Shown here: positions 1 through 9,560 of the stretch, in pieces
Layout of the letters: every line of letters begins with the position of its first letter
How positions within the stretch are numbered: position 1 is the stretch's first letter
NCBI GenBank assembly: GCA_007695355.1
Contig: REDX01000217.1
Location: forward strand, 14,213-78,212
DNA: 64,000 nt
Source of the DNA: Planctomycetota bacterium
GTDB lineage: Bacteria > Planctomycetota > UBA11346
Reading direction: 5' to 3'
Program-made: the position numbers and the translations under genes
The notes under the pieces: generated by a model
The model's input: the letters and a program-made list of their open reading frames with translations, nothing else
What the model was told of the DNA's origin: nothing
Database searches by the model: none

Positions 1-127
1 ACAAAGGGATCACATAGGCGGCACGCTTGTCCACCCGTGGATTATGCCATAGACATAGCTGACCATCACCATGGGCCTGCCGGGGACACTCTGCCCCAGA
101 GTCGTCGCGCCAACTGCAGTTGGACAT
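1..127 (-). CDS. 5' end of a gene running off the left edge (hypothetical, Cys/His-rich N-terminus)
   Basis: ATG at 127-125 with GGAGGA 7 nt upstream. The reverse frame stays open to base 1 (MSNCSWRDDSGAECPRQAHGDGQLCLWHNPRVDKRAAYVIPL...). It is absent from the ORF track because it is truncated. Confidence 0.3.
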   Translation of the reverse strand, partial: MSNCSWRDDSGAECPRQAHGDGQLCLWHNPRVDKRAAYVIPL

Positions 128-130
128 GGT

Positions 131-1327
131 CTAGTCCTCCTGCGCTGTGGGTGCTGTGCTCAACTGCCGTAAACGCCGCCGCAGTTCCCGCTCTTGGGGG
201 CTGTCCGGGCGCAGACGATAAAAGCGAGCGGCAAATTCCATCGCCTTGCGCGGATTGGGGCGCTCGTGGGCATAGATCATTGCGAGGTGGAAAAGCGCCT
301 CAATGTCACCGGGATCCTCAGGGTCGAAATTGCCCTCTGAGACTTCGCGCTCAAGCAGCGTGATCGCCCGGTCAAATTCGGCGAGGTTGCGGAAATGGCG
401 GCCTAAGCGGCCATTGGCCCCGGGGAAATTTGGATTGCGCTGCAGCAGGGTTTCGAGGTCGCGGCGCATTTCAACGAAGAGGCGCTGATCCTCGAAGAAT
501 AGCGCGCGCCGCCAAAGTGCCTGTTGCAGCATTGCCGACTGCCGATCCTGGGCGGCCTGCACGGCGGTATCGAAGAGGCTGCGCGCCTCTTCAATACGTG
601 ACAGCTGGTGCATCAATATGGCAAGATTAAGCAGCGGTTCGCTGCGCTGCGGTGCAACCCGGTGGGCCAGACGCAGGTAGCGCTCGGCGCTGGCGGGATG
701 GCGCAGGCTAGAGGACATGAACAGGGAGCCGAGATTGTAGAGGGCATTAAAGTGTTCGGGATCAAGTTCGGTAGCACTGCGGTAAGCATCCCGGGCCTCG
801 GTCAATTGGCCTAGGGCCTCGCGGGCGGTGCCCAAATTGAATAAGTAATCGGCGGTATCCAGGGCATTGCCAGTGGAGTGTTGAGCGGCAGCGCTAAAGC
901 GGGCTGCCGCATCGTGATAATCGCCCTGGGCGAAGGCGATAATCCCAAGGTTATTGAGGACCTGAGGATGATTGGGATGAATGTGCAGGGCCTGCTCATA
1001 GCGGCGGCGAGCCTGTTCCCACTGGCCTTGGGCCTGCCAAGTGAGGCCGAGATTATAAATCGCATGGAAATCCCGGCTGTCGATTTCCAGGGCCCGGCGA
1101 TAGGCCTGGGCGGCACGCTCAAAGGCACCCTGAACGAGCGCTTCATTACCTTCGGCAACTAAGCGGGCGGCGCTGCGCTCGCCGTGCGGGCGCAGCTCCA
1201 TGCCATGAGCTGGCGCAGTGGCGAGAAAACAAAAACTGAGGGCAAGAAGAGCCCGTCGCCAGGATTGCGGCGCATGGGCCCAGCAGGGACTGGCGTCAGG
1301 GCGCCTGACCTTTCCTGCCGGTATCAC
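131..1327 (-). CDS. secreted tetratricopeptide-repeat (TPR) protein
   Basis: 398-aa ORF with a hydrophobic N-terminal signal (ALLALSFCFLATAPAHG). It carries many 34-aa TPR-like units (AxxxYxxAlxldPxxxxAxxNLG pattern repeated). The first codon is GTG, so the exact start is uncertain. Confidence 0.8.
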   Translation of the reverse strand: MIPAGKVRRPDASPCWAHAPQSWRRALLALSFCFLATAPAHGMELRPHGERSAARLVAEGNEALVQGAFERAAQAYRRALEIDSRDFHAIYNLGLTWQAQGQWEQARRRYEQALHIHPNHPQVLNNLGIIAFAQGDYHDAAARFSAAAQHSTGNALDTADYLFNLGTAREALGQLTEARDAYRSATELDPEHFNALYNLGSLFMSSSLRHPASAERYLRLAHRVAPQRSEPLLNLAILMHQLSRIEEARSLFDTAVQAAQDRQSAMLQQALWRRALFFEDQRLFVEMRRDLETLLQRNPNFPGANGRLGRHFRNLAEFDRAITLLEREVSEGNFDPEDPGDIEALFHLAMIYAHERPNPRKAMEFAARFYRLRPDSPQERELRRRLRQLSTAPTAQED

Positions 1328-1329
1328 GC

Positions 1330-1641
1330 TTAGGCCTCCAAGCGTCCATCGTCAAGAAAGGACATGAGGTCATCAATCATCGCATCGGCATCGGCACCGT
1401 AGCTGCCATCGGCAATTTGCCGGCGCAGATCTTCGACCCGATGCAGGTCCTGGGGTTCCATGTTTTTGAGTACATCGACAAATTTCTGCAGGGCCGCCGG
1501 GTCAAGGGAGGTTTCCACCTGGCCGGCAGAGATGCCAGCAGCGGCTGGCCGGCCGGATGGGCCTCCAGCTTGTTCAACATCCCGGCCCGACTCGCGCTTG
1601 CGGTCGATGGGAAGGCTATTGAGGGATGCGCCGATTTTCAT
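1330..1641 (-). CDS. flgM: anti-sigma-28 factor FlgM-like protein
   Basis: Start set at the internal ATG (MKIGASL...). The C-terminus HRVEDLRRQIADGSYGADADAMIDDLM matches the FlgM signature (...aI..G.Y.vD...iA..l). The size (103 aa) is typical. Confidence 0.65.
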   Translation of the reverse strand: MKIGASLNSLPIDRKRESGRDVEQAGGPSGRPAAAGISAGQVETSLDPAALQKFVDVLKNMEPQDLHRVEDLRRQIADGSYGADADAMIDDLMSFLDDGRLEA

Positions 1642-1836
1642 GGTCGTTTTCTGCCGATGGGCCACTTGGCTGGTGTAGAGCACAACAGAGGGAAATCCCA
1701 ACTGCTGCGAGAAAGGAGATTGTTTCTAGTATCGGTGCCAAGGCAGAGCACTTGAGGACTAATTTGGGGTTTTCTTAGGAGCTCTGAGCCCGTAGTGCAA
1801 CTATTTGCGCTACAGCTACTTACCATAATTTCCGGC

Positions 1837-2439
1837 CTAGAATCGCCAGCCCACCGTGCCCGTCAGAACGAAACCCTGATGCTTTAAAGAGCGCTTGCCG
1901 TCCATTTTGAATGAGCCATCGCCAAAGAGGTAGCCACCGCCAACGCCAAGTAGGAGCCCGCCCCCGGATGCGCCAAGGACGGTGGTAAACTGTCCCAGGG
2001 CGCCATATTCGATGAAAGCAGAGCTATCGGACCAGCGCTGAAGGCCCCGTTCCACCTTGGCCTCAAGGCGCGAATATCCGAAGAAGGCATGCACATCAAA
2101 GCTGACGGCGGTGGAAAGGGGCGAGGCAATGCCAAAATACAGGCGGCCACCCCAGCCCTCAAGGTCGAGTTCGAATTGGCTATTGCTGTAGTTGGCCTCG
2201 TGCCGGAGGGCGCTCAGGCCAAAGGCAGCCCCGTTATTGACGCTCCAAATGCCTGCCTCATAGCGGCGTGAAGAATCCCAGCCGTCCTTAACCCGAGAAG
2301 CATCGGCGCCGGGGGGCTTGAAGCGCAGATCCTCAAGGCCGTAGGTAAAGGTGAGCCGAACATCGTCGGCTGCCGACAGCGGGGCCAGGGCCCCCAGGGT
2401 CAGCAGGGTGGCAACGAGGGTGCGTGGGAGGGCTTTCAT
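1837..2439 (-). CDS. small outer-membrane beta-barrel protein
   Basis: Signal peptide MKALPRTLVATLLTLGALAPLSAADD. It shows alternating hydrophobic beta-strand patterning and is Gly/aromatic rich. The C-terminus ends ...TVGWRF, the aromatic terminal residue typical of OMPs. Confidence 0.55.
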   Translation of the reverse strand: MKALPRTLVATLLTLGALAPLSAADDVRLTFTYGLEDLRFKPPGADASRVKDGWDSSRRYEAGIWSVNNGAAFGLSALRHEANYSNSQFELDLEGWGGRLYFGIASPLSTAVSFDVHAFFGYSRLEAKVERGLQRWSDSSAFIEYGALGQFTTVLGASGGGLLLGVGGGYLFGDGSFKMDGKRSLKHQGFVLTGTVGWRF

Positions 2440-2483
2440 GGCCGGTATTGTGGTGCCCTATGACCGCAGTGAAGGGAAGGTTT

Positions 2484-2969
2484 TCAGCCCTTGGCGCCGA
2501 GGTGCTGATCAATGATCAGCAGGCCTTGACCATCCTTGGCCATCCGCACCCGCTTCAGCAATTCTTCGGCTTCGGCCTGATCGGTAATTTGCTGCGGGAT
2601 AAAACCGTTGAGGAAGGCCTCGGTGAAATAGTCGTTATGCTCGCGGGCCTTGGCGACCAAATTGTTGATTTGGGTCGTCAATTCGATCTCCATCTCATAG
2701 GCGTGGGCAACCACTTCTTCAACGCTGTCCCATTCGCTGCGCGGGGCCGGCATGGCATTGAAGGTGGCCTGATAATCCCGGTTATTGAGGTAGGTAATGA
2801 ACTGCTGCATGTGGTTGAGTTCACCAGTGGCCTCGGTTTTGAAATGGGCGGCAAAGCCGCTTAAGCCCTGGATTTCAGCCCACGAGGCCATCGAAAGATA
2901 GGCGATGGCGCTGGAGGTCTCGACGCTGACATGGTCGTTGAGGGCTTTGGCAATGGCGTCTTGGATCAT
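2484..2969 (-). CDS. ftn: non-haem ferritin
   Basis: Start at the ATG (MIQDAIAKALNDHV...) with GGAG 7 nt upstream. Ferritin-like four-helix signature residues are present (E..SS..YLSMA, HM..F..YL, AYEHE-like AYEMEIE). 161 aa. Confidence 0.85.
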   Translation of the reverse strand: MIQDAIAKALNDHVSVETSSAIAYLSMASWAEIQGLSGFAAHFKTEATGELNHMQQFITYLNNRDYQATFNAMPAPRSEWDSVEEVVAHAYEMEIELTTQINNLVAKAREHNDYFTEAFLNGFIPQQITDQAEAEELLKRVRMAKDGQGLLIIDQHLGAKG

Positions 2970-3143
2970 GGGTTCACTCCGGGGAAATTGGTTAGCGATG
3001 CAGGTGCATTGTGGCAAATCTCAGGGCCTGTCCAATCGTCATTTTGTCAGGTTGCGGTTACAGATTTTTAGGCCTAGCGGTACCACCCGCGATCCGTCGG
3101 CTGACCAGCGGCAGCTTGGCGGCGTTTGGCCATCGGCTGCTTT

Positions 3144-3779
3144 TTAGCGATCTTGATAGCCGTGCTGTATTTTAATCAGGCGCAGGGCCTCGCGGGATAA
3201 GAGCTCACCGGTTTCGGCGCGACGGCAGGTGGTGAGGACCTTGGCCATCGCTTTGACCGTATTCGCGGTTACTTGGCCATTATCCCGGCTCACCGATGGT
3301 TCAACTTCACCGGTGTAGGGGTTGATCCATTGCCCTTCGCTGGCAGGCAGCCGAGAGAAAATGGTCATCCGCCGCTTATCGTGTTCTAATAGGGAAAGAA
3401 TGTCCCGGCGCCAACGGCGTTCGATCACCTCGTGCAATTCCATGGAGCCATGTTGGCGCCATAGTTCAAGGTGCTGACGGAAAAACGCTTTGGCAACGTT
3501 GCTTAAGTCATCGCCGTCAATCGGCAGGGCTGTACCCGCCACCGGGTCAATCCAAAAACGGCCATCACGACTGGTAATGCGGAAAGCTGGATCCTTTTCA
3601 ATCGCCTCGGTAAGCTTGAGTGGCAGGACCCGCGGAGTGGCGCTACTGCCGACATCCTTGGCTTCCGCACTAGGTTTGCGAACGATGCGCGTGGTAGGTT
3701 CAATAATCGCCACTGACTTGCGCGCGTAGCGCGCGGTGATTGATTGACGCGGCTGCTCACTTGGCTCGTAGTCGGGCAT
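3144..3779 (-). CDS. hypothetical protein with an internally duplicated G-x-W-I-[DN]-P motif
   Basis: Start taken at MPDYEP (ATG 3779). There are two similar segments, DGRFWIDPVAGTALP and EGQWINPYTGEVEP. I recognise no family. Confidence 0.45.
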   Translation of the reverse strand: MPDYEPSEQPRQSITARYARKSVAIIEPTTRIVRKPSAEAKDVGSSATPRVLPLKLTEAIEKDPAFRITSRDGRFWIDPVAGTALPIDGDDLSNVAKAFFRQHLELWRQHGSMELHEVIERRWRRDILSLLEHDKRRMTIFSRLPASEGQWINPYTGEVEPSVSRDNGQVTANTVKAMAKVLTTCRRAETGELLSREALRLIKIQHGYQDR

Positions 3780-3989
3780 GCGGAATATAAAAGAACATTT
3801 TACCGCGGTGCAAGTCGCAAGCGTGTATAATCCTGGCGCTTGTGTGATCGGCAAGCTCAATTACCAAGATCAGCCCTCATGGTCGCGAAGGGGATAAACC
3901 GTAGGCCAGTTGAGCCATTGCTCTCCTGCGTTTGCGCAGGGGAGTGGTCTTCTGGCCCAGGCCCAGCGGGCCCACTCCCGTGGCGGCGC

Positions 3990-4718
3990 TTACCGAAGCG
4001 TTAGCACCAGGGCGGCGCCTTCGGCGGACCAGAGGTTGGTGCCGCTGGCCAAACCTTCGAGCAGGCCGGTAATACGGGCGCCGCCCAGTTGCTGGCGTTG
4101 AGCTGGTTGGGCGAGGTGGACCAGGGCGGCTAATTGGGCGGCGCTATCGCTGCCGGCGAGGTCGCCGGCGTCGGTGCTCAGATCGGGGTGGTCGCGGTGC
4201 AGGAGCTGGTTGGCCATCTGCCGTTGGCCATCGACGGCGCGAACTAAGAAGCCGCCGCTGCCGGTGACGGCAAGATAGAGCCGGGTGGCGGCGGCGCCGC
4301 TGTGGCCGCGGGGCGGCTTAGCGTCGATGACCAGCACCGGGTGGTTGACTTCGCGGTGCGAGCCCAGAGCCGTCGCTTCTAGACTAAAACCCTGGCCCAA
4401 TTCCAGGATGCGCTGCCAGCGGATGCCCCCTTGCAAGAGTTCCACCTGCAAACGGTTATCTTCGCGCAAGAGGACCAGGTGATGCTCGCCCAGGGCCCAC
4501 ACCCGCAGCGGTAGCAGACTCGGGGCGAGGGCGGCGCCGCGTTCGCGGCCAATGCTTGCCTGAGCCCGCTCAAGCTCGACGCCTTTGAGCTTACTTAAGT
4601 CCTGGTCGGCCAGGTGGGCAATGCCGGCATCGCCGCTGGTAGATTCGTGGCGATTGCCGCAGGCACTCAGCAGAACAAGCAGTAGGGCCAGGGGGCAGAG
4701 CAGGAGAAAGGTGCGCAT
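3990..4718 (-). CDS. hypothetical lipoprotein
   Basis: ATG at 4718 with GGAG 6 nt upstream. The N-terminus MRTFLLLCPLALLLVLLSACGN carries a lipobox (LLSAC). No recognisable domain. Confidence 0.6.
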   Translation of the reverse strand: MRTFLLLCPLALLLVLLSACGNRHESTSGDAGIAHLADQDLSKLKGVELERAQASIGRERGAALAPSLLPLRVWALGEHHLVLLREDNRLQVELLQGGIRWQRILELGQGFSLEATALGSHREVNHPVLVIDAKPPRGHSGAAATRLYLAVTGSGGFLVRAVDGQRQMANQLLHRDHPDLSTDAGDLAGSDSAAQLAALVHLAQPAQRQQLGGARITGLLEGLASGTNLWSAEGAALVLTLR

Positions 4719-4888
4719 GGGGGGCTCCAAGGGGCGACCGAACCGGCGGGGGAAGTAGGGGTAGTCTGAATGCGCTCTCCGGGGTGCAAGGTCCAGTGAA
4801 GCCCTCATGCGCAGATGGGGCCTCTGGTATTGCTCCCCCGGCGGCTGCGCTAGGGTGCCCCAGCACCTCTACGGGGCCAGGAGACACG

Positions 4889-5461
4889 ATGATGAAGGGC
4901 TTGGGCTGTCTTTTTTTGCTGCTGGTGCTGGCGGTTATCGTTGGTGAAGTGCTGCTGATTATCTATCTCGGTGGACCAGCGGACCCCATCGGTGGTCATC
5001 TCACCTTGATTATCCTCGCCGTGGCGGCGACGATTATCGGCATTAAGCTGGTGCGTTGGCGCGGCAAACAAATCCCCCAGGCCATGCTGACGGGCCGCAT
5101 TGGCCGCGCTGCCACGGGGCTTATTGGTGCCGTGCTGCTGATTTTTCCCGGACTGGCCACCGGCCTAGTGGGATTACTCATGCAATTGCCCCCGGTGCAG
5201 GCCCTGCTGGCGGGGCTCATGCAGAAGATATTCCTTGTGTTTACCGCCACCGCCATGAAGCGCATGGGCGGCATGGGCGGCATGGGCGGTGGATTCCCCG
5301 GTGCTGGCCCCGGTGCGGGAATGACGCCGGCGCAGATGGCCCAATTACAAAAGATGATGGGTGGTATGGCCGCAGGCATGCCGCCCCAGGGCGGTGGCCC
5401 GGCCATCGGCAAAGGCAAGGGCAAGCGACCTCCAAAAACCTACGACGTGAAACCGGAATAG
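4889..5461 (+). CDS. fxsA: FxsA-family inner-membrane protein with a Met/Gly-rich C-terminal tail
   Basis: ATG at 4889 preceded by GGAG. N-terminal pattern ...VGEVLLIIYLG...LTLIIL...GIKLVRWRG and the later LLIFPGLATGLVGLLMQLP match FxsA (UPF0716). The tail holds the 9-nt tandem ATGGGCGGC x3, encoding MGGMGGMGG. Confidence 0.6.
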   Translation: MMKGLGCLFLLLVLAVIVGEVLLIIYLGGPADPIGGHLTLIILAVAATIIGIKLVRWRGKQIPQAMLTGRIGRAATGLIGAVLLIFPGLATGLVGLLMQLPPVQALLAGLMQKIFLVFTATAMKRMGGMGGMGGGFPGAGPGAGMTPAQMAQLQKMMGGMAAGMPPQGGGPAIGKGKGKRPPKTYDVKPE

Positions 5462-5576
5462 GCTGGCGATTGGATAAAGCTTTCTGCTGCCCATGGCCCT
5501 GGTTTGGGCCGCCCCTTCACAGAATCCCCTTGTCGATAGGGTGTCGCGCCCTGCCCCATGACCCTGGCCGGGAAGG

Positions 5577-7175
5577 ATGCCCATGATCACCGCTACCGAT
5601 ATCGCCATTAGCTTTGGCGAAGTTCCGCTCTACGAAAATGTTTCACTGCGCCTGACGGCCGGCAATGTTTACGGTTTTATTGGCGCCAATGGCTGCGGTA
5701 AATCAACTTTCATCAAGGCATTAGCCGGGGATATCGAGCCGAATACGGGAATCGTCGTCTTAGATCCCGGGGCGCGCATGGGGGTGCTGCGGCAGAATCA
5801 ATTCGGCTTTGATGATCAGCGGGTTTTAGACGTTGTGCTGCAGGGTCATAGCGAAGTGTGGGATCTCCAGCAGCGCATGGACGCCTATTACGCCAAGGAA
5901 GATTTTAGCGATGCCGATGGCGCTGCCCTGGCTAAATTGCAGGAGCGCTTCGATGAATTGGATGGTTATAGCCAGGAATCCAATGCCGCCGAAGTACTCA
6001 CCAATCTTGGTGTGCCGCCCCATACCCACGATGGTCTCATGTCGGATATCGACTCGGCGCTGAAAGTGCGCGTGCTCTTGGCGCAGGCGATTTTCTCGCG
6101 GCCAGAAGTGCTGCTTCTCGACGAGCCCACCAACAATCTCGACATTGAAACCATCGCCTGGTTAGAGCGCTTTTTGGCCGATTACGAAGGCTGTATTGCC
6201 GTGGTTAGCCACGATCGTCACTTCTTGAATCGCGTCTGCACCCACATCTGCGACGTTGATTTCCGCACCATCCGCACCTTCATCGGCAATTGGGATGTTT
6301 ACGCGGCTTCAGAACAATTGGCCCGCGCCCAGCGTTCGAAGGAGGCGTCGCGCATTGAGAAGCAGGTCGAGAAACTAAAATCCTTTGTTGAACGCTTTAA
6401 ATCGAATGCTGCCCGTTCGCGGCAAGCCACTAGTCGGCAGAAACAGATTGACCAAATGTCCGGTCAGCGCGTAATTCCCTCATCCCGGGTGGCGCCGCGC
6501 ATCCTCTTTCGCCAAGCCCGGCCCTCGGGTCAGGATATTGTCAAAGCCGAAGAGATCACCTTTGCCCACCCCGATGACGCGCCTCTGTTTAAAGATTTTT
6601 CCTTCCGCGTTGATCGCGCGGATCGGATTGCCGTGGTTGGTCGCAATGGTATCGGTAAAACCACCTTGCTGCGTTTACTTTTGGGAGAACTACAGCCAAG
6701 TAAGGGCCTAATTACTTGGGGTGGTACGGTGCAAAAAGGCTACTTTCCCCAGGATAATGACCATCTTTTCCAGGGTGATCATACGATCCTTGAATGGATT
6801 AGTCAGTTTACCGACAACCAGGATATTAATCACATGCGCGCCATGCTGGGTCGCATGCTTTTCGGCGGCGATGAAGTGAAAAAGCCGGTGAATGTCCTTT
6901 CCGGTGGCGAGCGGGTGCGCTGCATGCTGAGCATGCTCATGCTGCAGGAAGCCAATGTGCTGATCCTCGACGAGCCCACTAACCACTTGGATCTGGAAAG
7001 CATTGAGGCCCTGCAGGAAGCGCTTACCGACTACGCCGGCACCCTCATTTTCGTCAGCCACGACCGCGCCTTTGTCGATGCGGTGAGCACCCGCGCCCTC
7101 ATCTTAAGCGATGAAGGATGCACCGATTGGAAGGGCACCTACTCCGACTTCCGCGCCAGCCGCGGGCTGGATTAG
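5577..7175 (+). CDS. ABC-F family ATPase (YbiT/EttA-like, two ABC domains, no TM domain)
   Basis: Two Walker A motifs (GANGCGKST, GRNGIGKTT). There is an ABC signature LSGGERVRC and Walker B LLLDEPTN / LILDEPTN, with a charged linker between the domains. The alternative ATG at 5583 has better spacing to GGAAGGA. Confidence 0.9.
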   Translation: MPMITATDIAISFGEVPLYENVSLRLTAGNVYGFIGANGCGKSTFIKALAGDIEPNTGIVVLDPGARMGVLRQNQFGFDDQRVLDVVLQGHSEVWDLQQRMDAYYAKEDFSDADGAALAKLQERFDELDGYSQESNAAEVLTNLGVPPHTHDGLMSDIDSALKVRVLLAQAIFSRPEVLLLDEPTNNLDIETIAWLERFLADYEGCIAVVSHDRHFLNRVCTHICDVDFRTIRTFIGNWDVYAASEQLARAQRSKEASRIEKQVEKLKSFVERFKSNAARSRQATSRQKQIDQMSGQRVIPSSRVAPRILFRQARPSGQDIVKAEEITFAHPDDAPLFKDFSFRVDRADRIAVVGRNGIGKTTLLRLLLGELQPSKGLITWGGTVQKGYFPQDNDHLFQGDHTILEWISQFTDNQDINHMRAMLGRMLFGGDEVKKPVNVLSGGERVRCMLSMLMLQEANVLILDEPTNHLDLESIEALQEALTDYAGTLIFVSHDRAFVDAVSTRALILSDEGCTDWKGTYSDFRASRGLD

Positions 7176-7180
7176 GGAAA

Positions 7181-7220
7181 TCCTTCAGTTGGAGTAAGGA
7201 AAGTTGGGCCAACTGAAGGA
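7181..7220. terminator. perfect 12-bp hairpin between convergent genes
   Basis: TCCTTCAGTTGG (7181-7192) and CCAACTGAAGGA (7209-7220) are exact reverse complements with a 16-nt loop. The hairpin lies between the ABC-F stop (7175) and the PMM/PGM stop (7260). No U-tract. Confidence 0.5.
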
Positions 7221-7259
7221 TCGGGAGTGGGTTGCGCTGTCGCCGGAGGACTCTCCTCT

Positions 7260-8582
7260 TTATTTGCTGATCAGCGCACTGATCTCCGCGACCTTGGCTT
7301 CCATAAGCTTGGCGTCTTTGGCTTCCAGATTGAGGCGGCAGACTGGTTCGGTATTGGAGGCGCGGACATTGCACCACCACTCGCCGCAGCGGGCGGTGAC
7401 ACCGTCCAACTCGCTGATCTCAGCGCCGGGGATGGCGCGGATGCGGGCCAGTACGGCCTCGGTATCGGCGACCTTGAAATTCAGCTCGCCGGAGTGGTGG
7501 TAGCGCTTAATCGGCGCAATCAGACTCGATAGGCTGCTGCCTTCGCTAATCACATTGGCCAGGAGGATAAAGGCGAGGAGGCCCGAGTCGGCGCCATAGA
7601 AATCGCGGAAATAGTAGTGTCCTGAGAGTTCGCCGGCGAAGGCAGCGCCGGTTTCTTTAAGCGTCGCCTTAATAAAGCTGTGGCCAACCCGGGTTTCGAT
7701 GGGGGTGCCGCCCAGCTCGGTAATCAATTCCGGCACTGCTTGGCTCGAGCGCAGGTCGTAGGCGATGGGCCCTTTCTCCTTGGCCAGGTAGTACTTGGCG
7801 AGCAGGGCCGTGGTCATATCGCAGGTGACGATCTGGCCCAATTCGTCGACCAGGGCGCAGCGGTCGCCATCGCCATCGAAGGCGGCGCCAAAGTCAGCGC
7901 CGGTGGCTACCACCCGCTTTTGCAGATCGGGCAAATTCTCGTTTTTCAGCGGATTGGCGTCGTGGAAGGGAAAGCGGCCATCGGGGTCAAAATACTGGGG
8001 AATAATCGTCAGGCCCGGCAGTTTGGCGGCGAGGTGCTGAAACATGGTGCCGATAATGCCATTGCCGCCGTCAACCACCACTGTCAGCGGGCGGGAAAGC
8101 TTAAGCCAGGGGGCCAAAAAGTTGGCGTAGGCATCGAGGGTCAACGCCTCTTCCATGCCGCCGCCGGCCGCCTTGACCACGGTCTTTGCCCGGGATAGGG
8201 CTTCAATTTCTTCCATTCCGGTGCCGCTGGAAACCGGCTTAAAGCCGGGGGCGGTGATTTTGACGCCGCCGTATTCGCTGGGATTATGGCTGGCGGTGAC
8301 CTGGGCCCCACCGGCGGTGTCGAGATGGTGCATGGCGAAGGTCAGGGCGGGGGTGGAGAGCATGCCGCAGTCGACGACGATCACCCCGGCATCGATTAAG
8401 CCGCGGATTAAAGCCTGTTTGAGGGCTGGCCCGGAAACCCGCATATCGCGGCCAACGGCAAAGCGCTTACCTTCAAGCTTGAGGACCTGGGCAATGGCAT
8501 TGCCAATGTGGTAGGCCAAATCCTCGTCGAGTTGATCGGGATAGACGCCGCGGATATCATAGGCTTTAAAGGGGTCTGGCAT
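7260..8582 (-). CDS. phosphomannomutase/phosphoglucomutase (alpha-D-phosphohexomutase family)
   Basis: Start at MPDPFKAYDIRG (ATG 8582, GGAG upstream). The longer track ORF to 8873 overlaps the pilin-like gene. Active-site motif TASHNP (VTASHNPSEYGG), Mg loop FDGDGDR and sugar-binding GELSGH are all present. Confidence 0.9.
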   Translation of the reverse strand: MPDPFKAYDIRGVYPDQLDEDLAYHIGNAIAQVLKLEGKRFAVGRDMRVSGPALKQALIRGLIDAGVIVVDCGMLSTPALTFAMHHLDTAGGAQVTASHNPSEYGGVKITAPGFKPVSSGTGMEEIEALSRAKTVVKAAGGGMEEALTLDAYANFLAPWLKLSRPLTVVVDGGNGIIGTMFQHLAAKLPGLTIIPQYFDPDGRFPFHDANPLKNENLPDLQKRVVATGADFGAAFDGDGDRCALVDELGQIVTCDMTTALLAKYYLAKEKGPIAYDLRSSQAVPELITELGGTPIETRVGHSFIKATLKETGAAFAGELSGHYYFRDFYGADSGLLAFILLANVISEGSSLSSLIAPIKRYHHSGELNFKVADTEAVLARIRAIPGAEISELDGVTARCGEWWCNVRASNTEPVCRLNLEAKDAKLMEAKVAEISALISK

Positions 8583-8766
8583 GGTGGTCTCCAAGGGAAC
8601 GCGGGTTGCAGTGTTTCCTCTAGGGTGGGCTACTTTTGCGGACGGGCAAGGTCGGGGGGTGCTACATGCCAGGGCGGAGCGGCAGTAGAGCGAAGTGATT
8701 GCCGCCATGAGCGTTTCTTGGCCATCGTCTATCGACCTTTGCCAGTGGCCGAAGGCGGTTAGGCCC

Positions 8767-9477
8767 CTAGGGCTGGGAAAAGCGTATATAAGCCTGCTGC
8801 CGGGGCCCGCCCATAAAGACGGAGAAATTGCCACTGGCCTGGGCGGGCAGGGCATCCTTAAAAATATTATCATCTAAAAATTTTGGATTGAGGACCACCG
8901 GCTGATGGGGCGGCTGGCTGCTGTCGCTGTGGTCCTGGCGGCTAATGCTGTGATCGCCAAAGGCGATGGCCACCGAGCTGGCATTCCAGCTGTCAGGGTG
9001 TTCGGCGAGGATGGCGCGCCCAGCGATGGGATTGCTGCCTGCGGACCAGTCGATGCCATAGGATGGATGGCCGGCCACGCTGCCCCCCCAGCCGGCATCG
9101 GCGCCGCTTTGGTAGAGCTCGCCCAGACTGCGGGGAGCCCGCAGCACCATCCGCTCGCTCCCGAGATTGTTGAAGATTTGGTAGGGCAAGTCCTGATCGG
9201 CGCTAAGGAGTTCAAAGCTGCGGCCAATTTCGGCATTGGTGTAGGCCTCGGCGGGGATGGCCCGGGGGCTGCTTTTCCAGCTTTCTTGGTAATTAAACAG
9301 GGAGGTGGAGATCTGCTTGAGATTACTCAGGGCAAGGAGTTGGTTGCTGCGCTCGCGGGCATTGGCTATGCTCGGCACGATGAGGGCCGCGAGCACGGCG
9401 ATAATGAGGATAACGATGACCACCTCAATGAGGCTAAATCCCTGGCACTGCGGACCTGCAATTGCGCGCTTGGCCAT
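8767..9477 (-). CDS. prepilin-type N-terminal cleavage/methylation domain protein (T2SS pseudopilin / DUF1559-like)
   Basis: Leader ...GPQCQG|FSLIEVVIVILIIAVLAALIVP is a classic G/F cleavage site with Glu+5. The C-terminus has VAIAFGDHS, resembling the DUF1559 ...F.DGS... tail. AGGAGG lies 6 nt before the ATG at 9477. GTG 9483 and ATG 9480 are alternative starts. Confidence 0.75.
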   Translation of the reverse strand: MAKRAIAGPQCQGFSLIEVVIVILIIAVLAALIVPSIANARERSNQLLALSNLKQISTSLFNYQESWKSSPRAIPAEAYTNAEIGRSFELLSADQDLPYQIFNNLGSERMVLRAPRSLGELYQSGADAGWGGSVAGHPSYGIDWSAGSNPIAGRAILAEHPDSWNASSVAIAFGDHSISRQDHSDSSQPPHQPVVLNPKFLDDNIFKDALPAQASGNFSVFMGGPRQQAYIRFSQP

Positions 9478-9560
9478 CATCACCCTCCTTTTTATGCCTC
9501 AGTGGGCTGGGGCATACCGAGGCATTTGGCCATGACCGCGCCCAGGGTCAAGAAAGGACT

